Shown one piece after another: positions 1 through 12,435 of a stretch of DNA of 64,000 nt. The notes under the pieces are model-generated. The model saw only the letters and a program-made list of their open reading frames with translations, was not told where the DNA came from and did no database searches. The translations under genes were made by a program, and so were the position numbers. The stretch is taken from NCBI RefSeq assembly GCF_006345805.1, contig NC_042997.1, positions 178,312,001-178,376,000 on the forward strand, read 5' to 3'. Source of the stretch: Octopus sinensis (lineage: Eukaryota). Every line of letters begins with the position of its first letter. The first letter of the stretch is position 1.

Positions 1-128
1 TTATTTATGAAGATTGATTATCAAGCCCTTGTTGCTGATGAACCTCCGGGTTGGCCCTGATTAAGCAGATCTTAGACGAAAAGTATCTTTGATGCTAAGT
101 ATCCACTCTTTTCTTTTCAGGCATAGGA

Positions 129-506
129 TTATTACCTCCGCCAAAGGAAGGAGGTTATGTTTTCATTGGTGTTGGTTTGTCCGTGTGTAAAATAATTCAA
201 AAAGTTGTAAACAGTATTTGATGAAACTTGTAGGAAAAGTTGGTAATGACACATGGAACAGATTATGAAATTTTGGTAGTGATCCGGGAATTTTCATGGA
301 TTCTTGAAGGATTTTTCATTTGTTATATTTACTTTACATGAAGTATTGCGATGTTACGTTCTTTGATTATCTCCCTTGAAAACACGTTCATCCCATGTCT
401 TCTTGGGTCTACCTCTACCCCAGATCCCTTCAACTGTTTGGGAGTGGCACTGCAAATGGTTAGCAAATGATTATAGTTGCACTAGCCTGACGTTTCTACT
501 CTAGTT
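129..506 (+). mobile_element. Putative Helentron-associated/DINE-1-like non-autonomous element
   Basis: Begins TTATTACCTCCGCCAAAGGAAGGAGGTTATGTTTTC, with a short subterminal inverted repeat (ATTACCTCC/GGAGGTTAT), and ends CTCTAGTT. The family assignment is from resemblance only. Confidence 0.45.
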
Positions 507-558
507 ATTTACCCATACAGTTAGTGACTATTTTAAAGTCAAAAGCATATGGCTGTAA

Positions 559-1160
559 TCATCATCATCATACGTCCGTTCTCCATGCTAGCATGGGTTG
601 GACGGTTCGACCGGGGATCTGGGAAGCCAGAAGGCTACACCAGGCTCCAGTCTTATCTGGCAATGTTTCTACAGCTGGATGCCCTTCCTAACGCCAACCA
701 CTCCGTGAGTGTAGTGGGTGCTTTTTACGTGCTACCCGCACAGGTGCCAGGTGAGGCTGGCAACGGCCACGGTCGGATTGGTGCATGGAAGCCAGTCGAG
801 GTGGCACTGGCTTCGGCCACGATTGGGATGGTGCTTTTTACGTGCCACCGGCACGGAAGCCAGTCGAGGCGGCGCTGGCATCGGCCACAATTCGGATAGT
901 GTTTTTTACGTACCACCAGTCCAGGGGTCCTGGCATCTGCCGGATGCCAGTCATAGGATTGGTTCAATTTCGATTCTGATTTCGATTTCATTTGCCCCAA
1001 CATGTCTTTGCAAGCAAAGGGGGTTGGCATGAGTGCCTGTTGTCGGATGAGGTTCAATATCAACTTCGCTTGCCTCAACAGGTCTTTGTGTCCAAGGGAG
1101 GAAAGGCATGCATAAGTGGGCTGGGCTCACTTGTCCTGCCTGGTCTTCTCACATACAGCA
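559..1160 (-). mobile_element. 5'-truncated RTE LINE: end of ORF2 plus the full 3' UTR ending in a (GAT)n tail
   Basis: The minus strand starts TATGCTGTATGTGAGAAGACC, homologous to the RTE ORF2 end near 15110 and 27995. It runs through the shared 3' UTR to the (ATC)n tail at about 559-570. Confidence 0.8.
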
Positions 1161-1257
1161 TATGAGTAGAAAGTAATAGAATACACTATTTATATTCAGT
1201 TCACATAGAATAATTGTGAATAGTGTCTTATATTGTTTTTTGAATATTTTTTTCAAG

Positions 1258-1337
1258 GAATGGAGACCATATACATACCAACTTCAAAGACATGTATCAA
1301 CACTTAAGAAATAATGGATATTTTGTTGAAGTATTAG
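1258..1337 (+). CDS. MBTPS1: MBTPS1 (site-1 protease) internal coding exon: (W)[26 protein letters not shown](G)
   Basis: tttcaag| acceptor at 1256-1257 and |gtgag donor at 1338. The translation matches the remembered human S1P segment [28 protein letters not shown]. 80 nt, phase 2 in, phase 1 out. Confidence 0.95.
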
Positions 1338-1538
1338 GTGAGATATTTCTTTTTATCTTCTCAGTGTTACTGTGTATTAGTTCCTGTTATTATAATTGCT
1401 TAACATTAACATTTGTTTTGTGGAATAAATTGTTGAATGTGGTTCATATTAATATCACTGAAGAGAAAGAGAGGTCATTGTGTTCTTTCATGATCGGTGG
1501 TGTGTGACAGCAAACACTTGAGTTTCTTTGAATGTATA

Positions 1539-1928
1539 CTAGCAGTATCGGCCGGCGTTGCTCGGGTTTGTTTCGACCCTTTAGAATTGGAAATTTTGAA
1601 AAGTAAAAATTTTGCATTATGTAGCTTGTTATCCTCTTTAAGTGAACATTTTTCTGGTTAAAATACACCGAAAAATGGTGACACAGCAGTCAAAAAATTG
1701 TAAAAAATAGGGATTTTCATAGAAAAAAAGCACCTTTTTGATGTAAATAATTTTTGGTCTTAACAAGGTCCAATTTGAATTTTATCTTCTATGCAATGAA
1801 GAGCAAGTCTTCTTCTATCATACTCTCAATTTTGGACAACTTGCATTGCAGGGTCTTGGAGGAAATAGTGTTAGTTGAAGGCTATCAAACCTGTCACACA
1901 CAGACAACTTCAGCTTTATATATATAGA
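1539..1928 (-). mobile_element. Non-autonomous Helitron
   Basis: On the minus strand: A|TCTATATATATAAAGCTGAAGTTG...AAACCCGAGCAACGCCGGCCGATACTG-CTAG|T. It has a 5' TC, a 3' GC-rich hairpin plus CTAG, an A|T insertion site and no TSD. Confidence 0.85.
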
Positions 1929-1957
1929 TTAAAATTTTCTTTTTACATGTGTATTTA

Positions 1958-2595
1958 GGATCTTTACCTTTTGACCTACAAATTTAAAAAATAATTTTTT
2001 CTAACTAAACACTTTCAAATGTTAGACACTGGTAGAATGTGTCATATAAAACATCTTTTACTCTTAGCATTTTTGAGAAAAACTTATATTTACAAAGTAA
2101 TTTCACATTAAAGTAGTCCTATTTTGGTAATTTCAACCAATCAATGACGTGCATTCAGCTGAATACAATTACTGTCGATGTTTGTCAACAACAACTATCG
2201 GCAGTGTATTTTCGTTTGTCACTGTTATTTATGACATCATTCGTGCATTTGTACTGGTTTTAGGGTTATGCTTAGGGTTTTAGGGTAGGGTTTGGGTTAA
2301 GGTTTTAGGGTTAGGGTTGTCATAAATAACTGACAAACGAAAAATACACCCTTAGAAGTTCTTGTTGACAACCAACGGCGGTAATTTTTTTCAGCTGAAT
2401 ACACGTCATTGATTGGTTGAAATTCCCGAAATACGACTACTTTAATGTGAAATTACTTCGTAAATATAAGTTTTTCTCAAAAATGCTAAGAGTAAAAGAT
2501 GTTTTATATGACATGTTCTACCAGTGTCCGAAGTTCGAAAGTGTTTAGTTACAAAAAATTATTTTTTAAATTTGTTGGTCAAATAGTAAAGATCT
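1958..2595. mobile_element. Fold-back (MULE/Foldback-like) MITE with about 280-bp TIRs, 9-bp TSD and a TTAGGG-like loop
   Basis: Arms 1958-2236 and 2318-2595 are reverse complements. The direct repeat GTGTATTTA lies at 1949-1957 and 2596-2604. The loop contains degenerate TTAGGG repeats. Confidence 0.85.
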
Positions 2596-2967
2596 GTGTA
2601 TTTATATTTACTTTAAATCAGTCACGAACAAACTGCAGCCTGTGGGACTTTCTGAATGGCATGCCAATGAAAAGGTACCTTGAATTTTATTAGCAGTGTA
2701 GCCTGCCTGATGATGAACCATGTTTCACGTGGCCTGCTTCTTGATAAAGCATACCTACACTTGATCTAAATTAAAATGATTTCTTACATTGGCAATATAT
2801 CATAGAAGTGTGTGTAGTCAATTGAATCAGCTTCATTTGATTTGGAAATTTCTTGTAAAATTCATGCTGATATTATTTTTTGAATTTGTATAAATGTGTA
2901 TTATATGAAAATATATTTTTTAACATAATATTTTTTTTATCTCTTTCTTTTTATTCTCATCATTCAG

Positions 2968-3003
2968 GATCACCATATACCTGCTTTGATGCCAGTCAAT
3001 ATG
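2968..3003 (+). CDS. MBTPS1: MBTPS1 coding exon: (G)SPYTCFDASQY(G)
   Basis: cattcag| acceptor and |gtaagt donor. 36 nt, phase 1/1. Matches human GAPFTCFDASQYG. Confidence 0.95.
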
Positions 3004-3035
3004 GTAAGTATTTATGTAATAAATATTTAACATAT

Positions 3036-3427
3036 AGGCATAAGAGTGGCTGTGTGGTAAGTAGCTTGCTTACGAACCACATGGTTTCGGGTTCAATCTC
3101 ATTTTTTGGCACCTTGGGCAAGTGTCTTCTACTATAACCTCGGGCTGACCAAAGCCTTGTGAGTGGATTTGGTAGATGGAAACTGAAAGAAGCCTGTCGT
3201 ATATCTGTATATATATGTCTGTATGTTTGTGTCTGTGTTTGTCCCCCCCAATATTGCTTGACAACTGATGCTGGTGTGTTTACATCCCTATAACTTAGCG
3301 GTTCGGCAAAAAAGACCGATAGAATAAGTACTAGGCTTCCAAAGAAAAAGTCCTGGGATTGATTTACTTGACTAAAGGTGGTGCTCCAGCATGGCCACAA
3401 GTAGAAGAGTAAAAAGAGTAAAGAGTA
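3036..3427 (+). mobile_element. tRNA-derived SINE family A (AGGCGCAGGAGTGGCTGTGTGGTAAG... head, internal microsatellite, AGTAAAAG tail)
   Basis: Has an A/B-box-like head and a conserved body. Other copies: about 19288-19965(+), 30979-31413(+), 34791-35152(+), 39348-39753(-), 39908-40310(+), 51715-52075(-), 54267-54673(+). Confidence 0.85.
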
Positions 3428-3524
3428 TATTGTAATAAAACATAATGTAGTTATTGTTCCAGTTATGGTTTTAGTGTGATCTTATTAAGTGTGCTTGAGC
3501 AATCTTATAGATGTTGATAAGCAA

Positions 3525-3906
3525 TCTTTATATATAAAAGTGAAGTTGTGTGTCTGTCTCCTACGATTTAGATTCCTAACTACTCCCACATTTTGCGGTG
3601 CAGTTTATCTTATAGTCATGATTCATATCGAGCCCTTCTGGATATTAGTGCGCGTCTACGATGAGTCTACGATTTAAAAAAAAATTTACCATCATTTTTT
3701 TCCATTTTAATGCATTTTTTCGCTATTATATAAGGGAAGTAACTCTCTAAAAATGTCTACGATGAGTCAACGATTTAAAAAAAAATTTACCATCATTTGT
3801 TTTCCATTTTTAATGCATTTTTTGCTATTTTTGGCTATAACTCTCTAAAAATGCTTATATAGTTATTTCCCTCACAAACCCGAGCAACGCCGGGCGATAC
3901 TGCTAG
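3525..3906 (+). mobile_element. Non-autonomous Helitron
   Basis: A|TCTTTATATATAAAAGTGAAGTTG...CCCGAGCAACGCCGGGCGATACTG-CTAG|T. Near-identical to 17660-18057 apart from a short internal deletion. Confidence 0.87.
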
Positions 3907-4334
3907 TAAAATATAAACTTATAATATCATCATCATCATCATTGTTTAACATCCATATGGGTGGGATGGTTTCGCAAGAGCCTGCCAGGCAGAACCCTGC
4001 ACCACACTTCTGTGACTGTATATAGAGAGAAAAGGAAAAAAAGAAACAATAAAGAATGTTAGCGAGTCAGAATAATAAAGGCAAATGACTAATGGTTACA
4101 AGAATATCTGAAAGAAGTCAAACTGAAGCGCTAGAAGAAAATGGGTGAAAATTTGGTGCAAAAATATTTTGAATTATTGAAAGGAAGCATAAATGTGATC
4201 TGTCACCTTTAACAGATGTTTTATATTTTGTCAACTTCCATTAACTTTGATTCTATGTATTATATGTGTTTTATATATATGTGTGTGTGTGTGTGTGTGT
4301 ATGATGATGATGATGATATATATATATATATATA

Positions 4335-4747
4335 TCCAAATGTGGCCGTAGCCAGTACCACATCGACTGGCCTCCGTGCTGTGGGCACGTAACAAACACC
4401 ATCCGATTGTGGCCATGCCAGCCTCGCCTGGCCTCCGTACCGGTGGCATGTAAAAAACACCATCCGAGCGTGGCCGTTCGCTAGCCTCGTCTGGCACCTG
4501 TGTCGGTGGCATAAAAAAACACCATCCAAGCGTGGCCGTTCGCTAGCCTCGTCTGGCACCTGTGTCGGTGGCACATAAAAAGCACCCACTACACTCACGG
4601 AGTGGTTGGCGTTAGGAAGGGCATCCAGCTGTAGAAACTCTGCCAGATCTGACTGGCCTGGTGCAGCCTTCGAGCTTCCCAGACCCCAGTTGAACCATCC
4701 AACCCATGCTAGCATGGAAAGCGGACGTTAAACGATGATGATGATGA

Positions 4748-4750
<3 letters not shown>
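4335..4750 (+). mobile_element. RTE 3'-UTR-derived (GAT)n-tailed repeat
   Basis: Ends GGAAAGCGGACGTTAAACGATGATGAT. Further copies lie at about 7255-7515, 10905-11240(-), 21210-21480(-), 22720-23205, 32560-32850, 37020-37375(-), 37905-38262, 44590-44852(-), 51150-51385, 59820-60082 and 62295-62705(-). Confidence 0.85.
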
Positions 4751-4780
<30 letters not shown>

Positions 4781-4783
<3 letters not shown>

Positions 4784-4950
4784 AGAGTTTACGAAAAAAA
4801 CAAAAGACGAAGATAGGTGGTGTACAAAACAAACAGCTATATTAGTATAACGCTCAGGAAGAGAAAAAGTCTTTTACGTTTTGAGCCTACACTCTTCTAC
4901 AGAAAGGGACACAGAAAAAATGTGTGTAGTGGCTAACGATCTATCATGGC
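4781..4950 (-). repeat. Solo copy of the hammerhead-like repeat also found as an inverted pair at 43765-44190
   Basis: Minus strand 4871-4906 reads CTTT-CTGTAGA-A-GAGT-GTAG-GCTC-AAAACGT-A-AAAG, a decayed version of the motif at 44076-44113. It abuts a (TA)n tract. Confidence 0.7.
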
Positions 4951-5379
4951 GCTATATGTATGTATGTAGAGTGTTTAGGAAATTACTTGATACAGTTATA
5001 ATAGAGAGATTAGAGAAAGATTTTTATCAAAAAGTTAAGATAAGATCAAAACTTTTTAGAAAGTAGAATGGTACTAACTTTTAGGAAGGAATTTCACAAA
5101 TAGTGTGGAGGCTTTAATAAATGTGCAATTTTATATTATATGTATATGTATATATATATAAATAGATTCAGATGAATATGGTACTTAAGTTGAGGCACCA
5201 GAATTTAGTACAATATTATCCATATAATTTCAAAATAAGGTGAATTTAGATTGATGTAATGGTTGCATTGTTCAATTATATAGAATTGTGTGAAATGATC
5301 ATACTTCATTACCTCTGAATATCCTTGTTGCTTATTTTGATTATATATATATACATAATTAAAATTTTGTTTGTTTTAG

Positions 5380-5536
5380 GAACTCTTCTTGTGGTGGATG
5401 CTGAAGAAGAATATTTTCCAGGAGAAGTGACAAAACTGAAACGTGACATTGATAATGGTTTATCTCTCATTGTTTTTGCTGACTGGTATAATGTATCTGT
5501 GATGAGGAAAGTGAAATTTTATGATGAAAATACTCG
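5380..5536 (+). CDS. MBTPS1: MBTPS1 coding exon: [51 protein letters not shown](R)
   Basis: ttttag| acceptor and |gtaatt donor. 157 nt. Near-identical to human [52 protein letters not shown]. Confidence 0.97.
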
Positions 5537-5556
5537 GTAATTATTCTTGTTGTCAC

Positions 5557-5600
<44 letters not shown>

Positions 5601-7834
5601 TATATTATATATATATACATATTATATTATATTATTATTATGTTATATAGAATTCAAATTTTATATCTCTGAAGAGCAGAAGCATTGTCTATAAATGCTT
5701 ATCAATATAGGATTTCATTATAGGGACAACTCTTCTGTGAAACGATCGTAAGATGCTTTAAATAATTAATTCAAAACTTTTAAACTGTCATATACATTAT
5801 ATATTTATACTTATACATATTTACATATATTTTTATACATATTTATATTTATTTATTTATATATTTTTAATACAACAATTATTTTTCACATGTGTATATC
5901 TTTCTGAGGAGTTTTGATATTGATTTCCTAATATTAATGATAATATATTATTAAAAAATATATTTGTGTATTATTATTATTATTATTATTATGATGACTA
6001 CCTGCCAGAATCATTAGAGCATCAGACAAAATGCTTCGTGGCAATTCTTCCAGCTCTTTATGTTTTGAGTTCAAATCCTGCCAAGGCCAACCTTGTCTTT
6101 CATCCTTTTGGGGTGGTTGATAAAATAAGTTCCAGTTGAGCACTGGGGTTAATGTAATCAACAAGCATCCTCCTCTATTATTTCGGGCTTTATACCTATA
6201 GTTCAAAGAATTATTCTGTTTCGTCTTCTCACTTTTTGCTCTTTTTTTATTTTCTCTTCTCTATCTTCCGCATTTTTCTTTGTCTTTCTTTTGTATTTCT
6301 CTTGTGTCTTTTATTTTTTTTTTGTTAATTCAGTCTGGAGGATGGGGTAGTGCCCATAGCCTTCAGAAGTCCTCTAAGGCTTTCTATTTCATTTCTGTTA
6401 TTGTCATTACCATTTAACCAACCAATTAATTAATTAATTGTTTGATTAATCATTTACTCAATCAATCAATGAGCTAGGTTTGGCAAAGACTTTCATTACC
6501 ATTTGTAATCTTGTCACTTGATGGACCTAAAACAGACTTGGAGTAGAGAGGGCATGTCAATGATGAGGTCACAAATGGCACTGAAAGGACTTTGATGAAT
6601 TTAGCTGATTGATTGCTTGACCTGCAGCAGGAATAATCAGTAACCACTTCGTGTCGCAATTTGCTAGAATATTACCCATGTGATCAACAAAATCTGACCA
6701 ATCATGACTTTGCATGGAATAGGCACTAGCAACAATTTCATCTTTTTGTGCACAACTTTCTGACACACCTTGACTACTTGACAGAGAGTGTTGAGAGACA
6801 GCAGAAATGAGAAAGCAGACAGATGGTGAACAAATGATGGTGACAACTGTTGACCCAAGCTGACAACAACCACAATAAATGAACGGTGACAGCAACATGA
6901 TGACCAGCAGCTATCTTTTTGACTGCTATTTCTATTACACTAAGAACAGCATCCAAACTCTCCCAACATTTTGTTGTTTGTAGTAATGACAATGGCGGTG
7001 CCCCAGCATGTCCACAGCTCATGAGCTGAAACTAGATAAAATAAAAAATGACTATTTGTTTTTGTGTATGAAAAGAATACAATTTTGTTTATCAAAATTC
7101 CTAATAGATTTTATCATCTTCGTCCTTGTACAGACCGGATGATTAACCGATTAGAGCCCAAATTTTTTTAATTTAATTTATTACCAAAAATCTTTTTTTT
7201 ACACATCTTTATCTGATACTAAATATATAAAAAAATTTTTATTACAATATTTGGATGACACATAAAAGTTGGCACATAAAAGGCACCAGTTGAGCATGGC
7301 CATTACCAGTACTGCTTGACTGGCCCTCGTGCCAATGGCATGTAAAAGCACCCACTACACTTTTGGAGTGGTTGGTGTTAGGAAGGGCATCCAGCTGTAG
7401 AAACTCTGCCTGATCAGATTGGAGTCTGGTGCAGCCATCTGGTTTGCCAGACCTCAGTCAAATTGTCCAACCCATGCTAGCATGGAAAACGGACGTTAAA
7501 CAATGATGATGATGACTCCTGTCTTGATGACTAACTAAAGATATCTCAGTAAAATACAGGTGTCACTGAAATGTGATGGATTATCCTTCTGGTCCTAAAA
7601 AAAGACCATGGGCACTAATGAGTTAATCAAACAGCTATTTAATTGGTTGAATGGTTAACCAATTGATTAATGATAAAAGAAGTGAAATAAAACCAATACA
7701 TTTGTTTACTATTGGCATTATGACCCTTTCGAGATACAAAATATTGTGTTTAACAAATGTGTTACGAATTAGTTGTTTTTAACTTGAATAATATCTCTAA
7801 CAAATTCCTTTCTCATTCTGTGACTCTTTTGTAG

Positions 7835-7915
7835 ACAATGGTGGATGCCTGACACGGGTGGTGCCAATATTCCTGCCATTAATGACTTATTGGCATCATT
7901 AGGAATGATGTTTAG
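7835..7915 (+). CDS. MBTPS1: MBTPS1 coding exon: [26 protein letters not shown](S)
   Basis: tttgtag| acceptor and |gtaagg donor. 81 nt, phase 2/2. Matches human [19 protein letters not shown]. Confidence 0.96.
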
Positions 7916-8423
7916 GTAAGGATAAAAATATATGTGGGCATGTGTATGTCTGTACAGATGTGTGTTGGGGTATCATGTGGGCTACATGCACATGTATGGC
8001 TGTGTGGTTAAGGAGCTTGCTTCACAGTGATTTAATTTCAGGTTCAGTCCCAATGTGCAACACCTTGGGCAAGTGTCATCTACTATAATCCTTGTAAGAA
8101 GTATGTAGTATGTGTGTGTGCGTGCATGCAAGTGTGAATGCAAGTGTGTGTCTCCTTGTTTTGACATCATGTAGTTTGTTGTAAACGAGTGTCACTGTTA
8201 TACAAGCAGTGTTATTTATTTCCAATGTTCTGTGAAAGCATGTCTGGAAAAAAAAAGAAGTGCTTTCACTGCACTACTAAGTGCAGCTCTGTATGTCTTG
8301 GGTATGTGCTGTAGTTTGTTGTGATGCTCTTATAGTTACTGTATTGAAAGTGTTTTACATAGGATGTGTATGGTGCCTAGTAGTGCTGTTGTCTGTGTGT
8401 TATATACATTTGTTAGTCCTGGT

Positions 8424-8793
8424 GTTTTTATTATTATTATCATTATCATCATTATTATTATTATTTTTATCATTATTATTATAATTATTATTTTTATCAT
8501 TATTATTATAATTATTATTTTTATCATTATTATTATTATCATTTTTATCATTATCATCATTATTATTATTATTTTTATCATTATTATTATAATTATTATT
8601 TTTATCATTATTATTATAATTATTATTTTTATCATTATTATTATTATTATTTTTATCATCATTATTATTATTATTATTTTTATCATTATTATTATTTTTA
8701 CCAATATTATTATTATTATTATCATTATTGTTATTGTTATTATTATTATTATTATTATTTTTACCAATATTATTATTATTATTATTATTATTG

Positions 8794-8846
<53 letters not shown>
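8424..8846. repeat. (ATT)n-based minisatellite with a roughly 24-nt higher-order period (TTTTATC interruptions)
   Basis: Read directly from the sequence. It produces the spurious poly-Ile/poly-Leu ORFs and ends about 12 nt upstream of the exon at 8859. Confidence 0.95.
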
Positions 8847-8858
8847 TTCTTCTTCTAG

Positions 8859-8902
8859 TGATCAAGTGTTTGAAGGAGAACTCTTCCTTGGAGGCCACGA
8901 AT
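8859..8902 (+). CDS. MBTPS1: MBTPS1 coding exon: DQVFEGELFLGGHE
   Basis: ttctag| acceptor and |gtaaga donor. 44 nt; phases join the flanking exons in frame. Aligns to human SDGLYEGEFTLANHD. Confidence 0.9.
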
Positions 8903-9525
8903 GTAAGAAAATATATTTTCTGTCTTTGCTCTCTTTTCCCCCATTCATTTCCCTAAGTCCTCATAGTTAAAGACATTGTTTCAATGTTCTGCAGCTTCTG
9001 AGTCATCTTATTTCTTATAGCCTATTGTTGAATCTCTAAAACATTCTTGGGACATGTCTGTGTTTCTTTAGTGACAAAAAGAAAAAACAAGAAAGAAATC
9101 CTGTCACATGAGATTTGTTTCCTTTTTTTTATGTTTTTACTAGTTTACCCTTTCTGTCAATAATGATGTCAAACACATTTGTTTTTTCAAATAATTAAAG
9201 ATTGAAAATTGTTATAAAAAGAGTGGAGAATTCCTTGTTAATGGTTTTTGCAAATGTTGAAATTCAATCTTATGATTGTTTCTTATTGTTAGTCACTGTT
9301 TATGTATGTTCATGGTTGCCCACGACATACATAATACACACACATACTCACATACATTTACATACATGCATACACATGCACACACATAGCTTTCACAAAC
9401 ACATATATAGTTCACACACACAAAATTCAAACACATACATGAATATATATCCAACACACACACTGCTCACACATATACAAACAGTCGCATCTCACACAAT
9501 ATTACTTATATATAAAGGCATATAT

Positions 9526-9557
<32 letters not shown>

Positions 9558-10595
9558 AAATATATTGTTTTATATATAAACATGTTGAAAATTATTATTC
9601 ACTATGTGTATTCACTAAATATTCTGTTATTATACACTTAATATGTTATAATCAGCCGAAATTGCTACGATGATCCGGTTCTTGACTGAAGATTGAGGGC
9701 TTCGAATTTCCCGTCCATGTTTTTTGTATCGTCTTCTAAGTGTTTTGCGTTCTTGTCCCAGTTTGTATTTTTCTACATATAATAATATATATATATACAT
9801 ACATAAAACTGTTCAAGGTTGCTCACTACATAAGAAGCATAGACAAGCACAATCTGTATATATATACATGCAAATATACATATTCAAGGTCATTAGCTCT
9901 ATGTATATGCATGCATAAAGGTATTTATGCATGCTTATGTAGATACATACTACAGTACAGATATACAAATACACACATGGATCATATATGCACAGCTCAC
10001 ACATATATATGCACATACAGCTCGCACACATACATGCATATATTCAGCTCACACCTTATATAAATACACCCTGCTTATAAGTAGATTCATGTCTCACATG
10101 ACAATATTTACATACACATAAACACACACTCACATGGGGTCAATATTGTGTAATATAATATTCACACTACCCATTAGTTTCAACTCGTGGTAGAATTCCC
10201 AACAAATGAGTCTTATGTATTTCCAGAAATTTTCTCAGGATGCATAACTGTATAATATCTACTAAATAAAATACAGCATTTTCTGTATGCAAAAAGAATC
10301 AAAATTGTACAGTATATTGCATTGTGTTGATTAGATCTTCATATATTTTACTCTGTGAAGCAGTTGGTGTTAGGAAGGGTTTCCAGCTATAGAAACCATG
10401 TCAAATCAGACTGGAGTCCAACCCATGCCAGCATGGACAACGGATGTTAAATGATGATGATGATGAAATAGATGTTTCTATTTGGGACATATCTGTTCTC
10501 TAAATCCACGTGCAAATTAAATTTATTTGTTCAATAAAATTCAAAACATCTTAGATTGTCATGGTTTTGCAGTTTCTATAGACATACAGACTTTA

Positions 10596-10812
10596 CAAGA
10601 GTGTGCTGAAAAGTTCCTGGCTTTGGGCAAAAGAAAATACAAAAGGATCAGTTCATTATGATTTTATTCAACATATTCCCCTCTCAGATTCTCACACTTA
10701 TTGCAGTGGTCCTTCAGTTTTTCTAAGCCCTTTCAAAGAACTTGGAAGGTTGGGCCTCCAACCAGGCCTTTTGTGATACTCTTAAAGCCAGGAGCTTTTC
10801 AGCACCTCTTTG
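10596..10812. mobile_element. Mariner-type MITE (217 bp)
   Basis: TA|CAAGAGTGTGCTGAAAAGTTCCTGGCTTT ... AAAGCCAGGAGCTTTTCAGCACCTCTTTG|TA: about 29-bp TIRs and a TA TSD. Confidence 0.85.
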
Positions 10813-11723
10813 TATATACCAAGTGTGCTAAATTTAGATGTTTCACATGTGTATATGAATGTGAGAGTGTGTGTCTGTGTTTTTCTGTCTTCGTCCCTTG
10901 GCATTACATCATCATTATCATCATCATCGTTTAACATCCGCTTTCCATGCTAGCATGGGTTGGACGATTTGATTGAGGACTGGCGAACCAGATGGCTGCA
11001 CCAGGCTCCAATCTTGATCTGGCAAAGTTTCTACAGCTGATGCCCTTCCTAATGCCAACCACTCTGAGAGTGTAGTGGGTGCTTTTATGTGCCACCGGCA
11101 TGAGTGTCAGTCAGGCGGTACTGGCAACGGCCATGCTCAAATGGTGTTTTTTACGTGCCGCCTGCACAGGAGCCAGTCCAGTGGCACTGGCAACGACCTC
11201 GCTCAAATGTTTTTTCACGTGCCAGTAAGGCGATGCTGGTAAAGATCACAGTTGTAAATGAGTGTCACTGTCATGCAAGCAGTATCCTTCATTTCTAATC
11301 TTCAATGGAAACATGGTCATAGGGAAATGTTACCTTATTTGGAAACAGGTGAGGGTTGGTGACAGGAAGGGCATCTGGCCATAGAAAATCTATTTCAACA
11401 AATTCTGTCTGATGCATGCAAGCGTGGAAGAGTGGACATTAAAATGATGATGATAACAAAAGATATGGCAGTTGTATTTCAGTTATTTAATCTTAAGAGA
11501 GCAAAGACATCAGGATCGGTAGAGCATGAAATAAAATACAGTGCAGTATTTAATAACATCCCCTTTATATTCTGAGTTTAATCCTTTAGCATTTAAACCG
11601 ACCATATCTGGCCAGAATATTCTACATGTTTTACGTTCAAACTGGCCAGATCTGCTAATATACAGGTACTGTAAAAACTGTATAAATACTGTACGCCATT
11701 GCTTGTATATATATTACATCTGG

Positions 11724-11956
11724 TATAAGGCGGCGAGCTGGCAGAACCGTTAGCACGCCGGGCGAAATGCGTAGCCGTATTTCGTCTGCCATTACGTTCT
11801 GAGTTCAAATTCCGCCGAGGTCGACTTTGCCTTTCATCCTTTCGGGGTCGATAAATTAAGTACCAGTTACGCACTGGGGTTGATATCATTGACTTGATAC
11901 CTTTGTCTGTCCTTGTTTGTCCCCTCTATGTTTTAACCCTTGTGGGTAGTAAAGAA
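11724..11956 (+). mobile_element. tRNA-derived SINE family B (AAGGCGGCGAGCTGGCAGAA... head), full length with 17-bp TSD
   Basis: TSD ATATATATTACATCTGG at 11707-11723 and 11957-11973. Other copies: about 6000-6205, 21917-22090, 23866-24097, 38478-38700, 45730-45905, 57925-58120(-), 58143-58310. Confidence 0.88.
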
Positions 11957-12212
11957 ATATATATTACATCTGGATTCCATTCCTATCACCAATTGCTTTA
12001 CTGCATGGACTTTATCTAGTAAGAACATCTGCAGAAGGACATGAATTTATTTGAAGATTTTGCTGTTGTATTAGTGCACGTGTGGGTTCATTTGTTCTTT
12101 CCTCCCTCCCTCCCTCTCAACATTTTAATTTTATTTATTCAAATGATTAAAACAAAGGGTTTTAAATAAAGTTGGTTTTAATGTGTTTTAAATACATTTC
12201 TGTATTTTTCAG

Positions 12213-12290
12213 TGTATTATGCATCTGGTACAAGTATAACAAAGTTTCCTCCAGATGGGATAGTTATCTCACATAAACTCAAAGACCAAG
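12213..12290 (+). CDS. MBTPS1: MBTPS1 coding exon: (L)YYASGTSITKFPPDGIVISHKLKDQ(G)
   Basis: ttttcag| acceptor and |gtaagt donor. 78 nt. Matches human [26 protein letters not shown]. Confidence 0.95.
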
Positions 12291-12381
12291 GTAAGTTATT
12301 TCAGTTGGTCTTGTTGCTAGATTTCTGTGTCTGGAAAAACAATGATATTAAATAGAAAAAGCGCGTGCGCATGCATGCACG

Positions 12382-12435
<54 letters not shown>

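Noticed and set aside
549-1078. Recurring ORFs of the MLAWVG...[19 protein letters not shown] type (also near 4260, 28215, 37039, 37908, 44635, 62360)
   Set aside because: These are antisense translations of the RTE 3'-UTR repeat, not a gene family.
2258-2318. Interpretation as a true telomere or chromosome-fusion scar
   Set aside because: The repeats are short and degenerate and lie in the loop of a TSD-flanked transposon inside an intron.
8336-8970. Poly-Ile/poly-Leu ORFs resembling membrane proteins
   Set aside because: These are translations of the ATT minisatellite; only 8859-8902 is a real exon.
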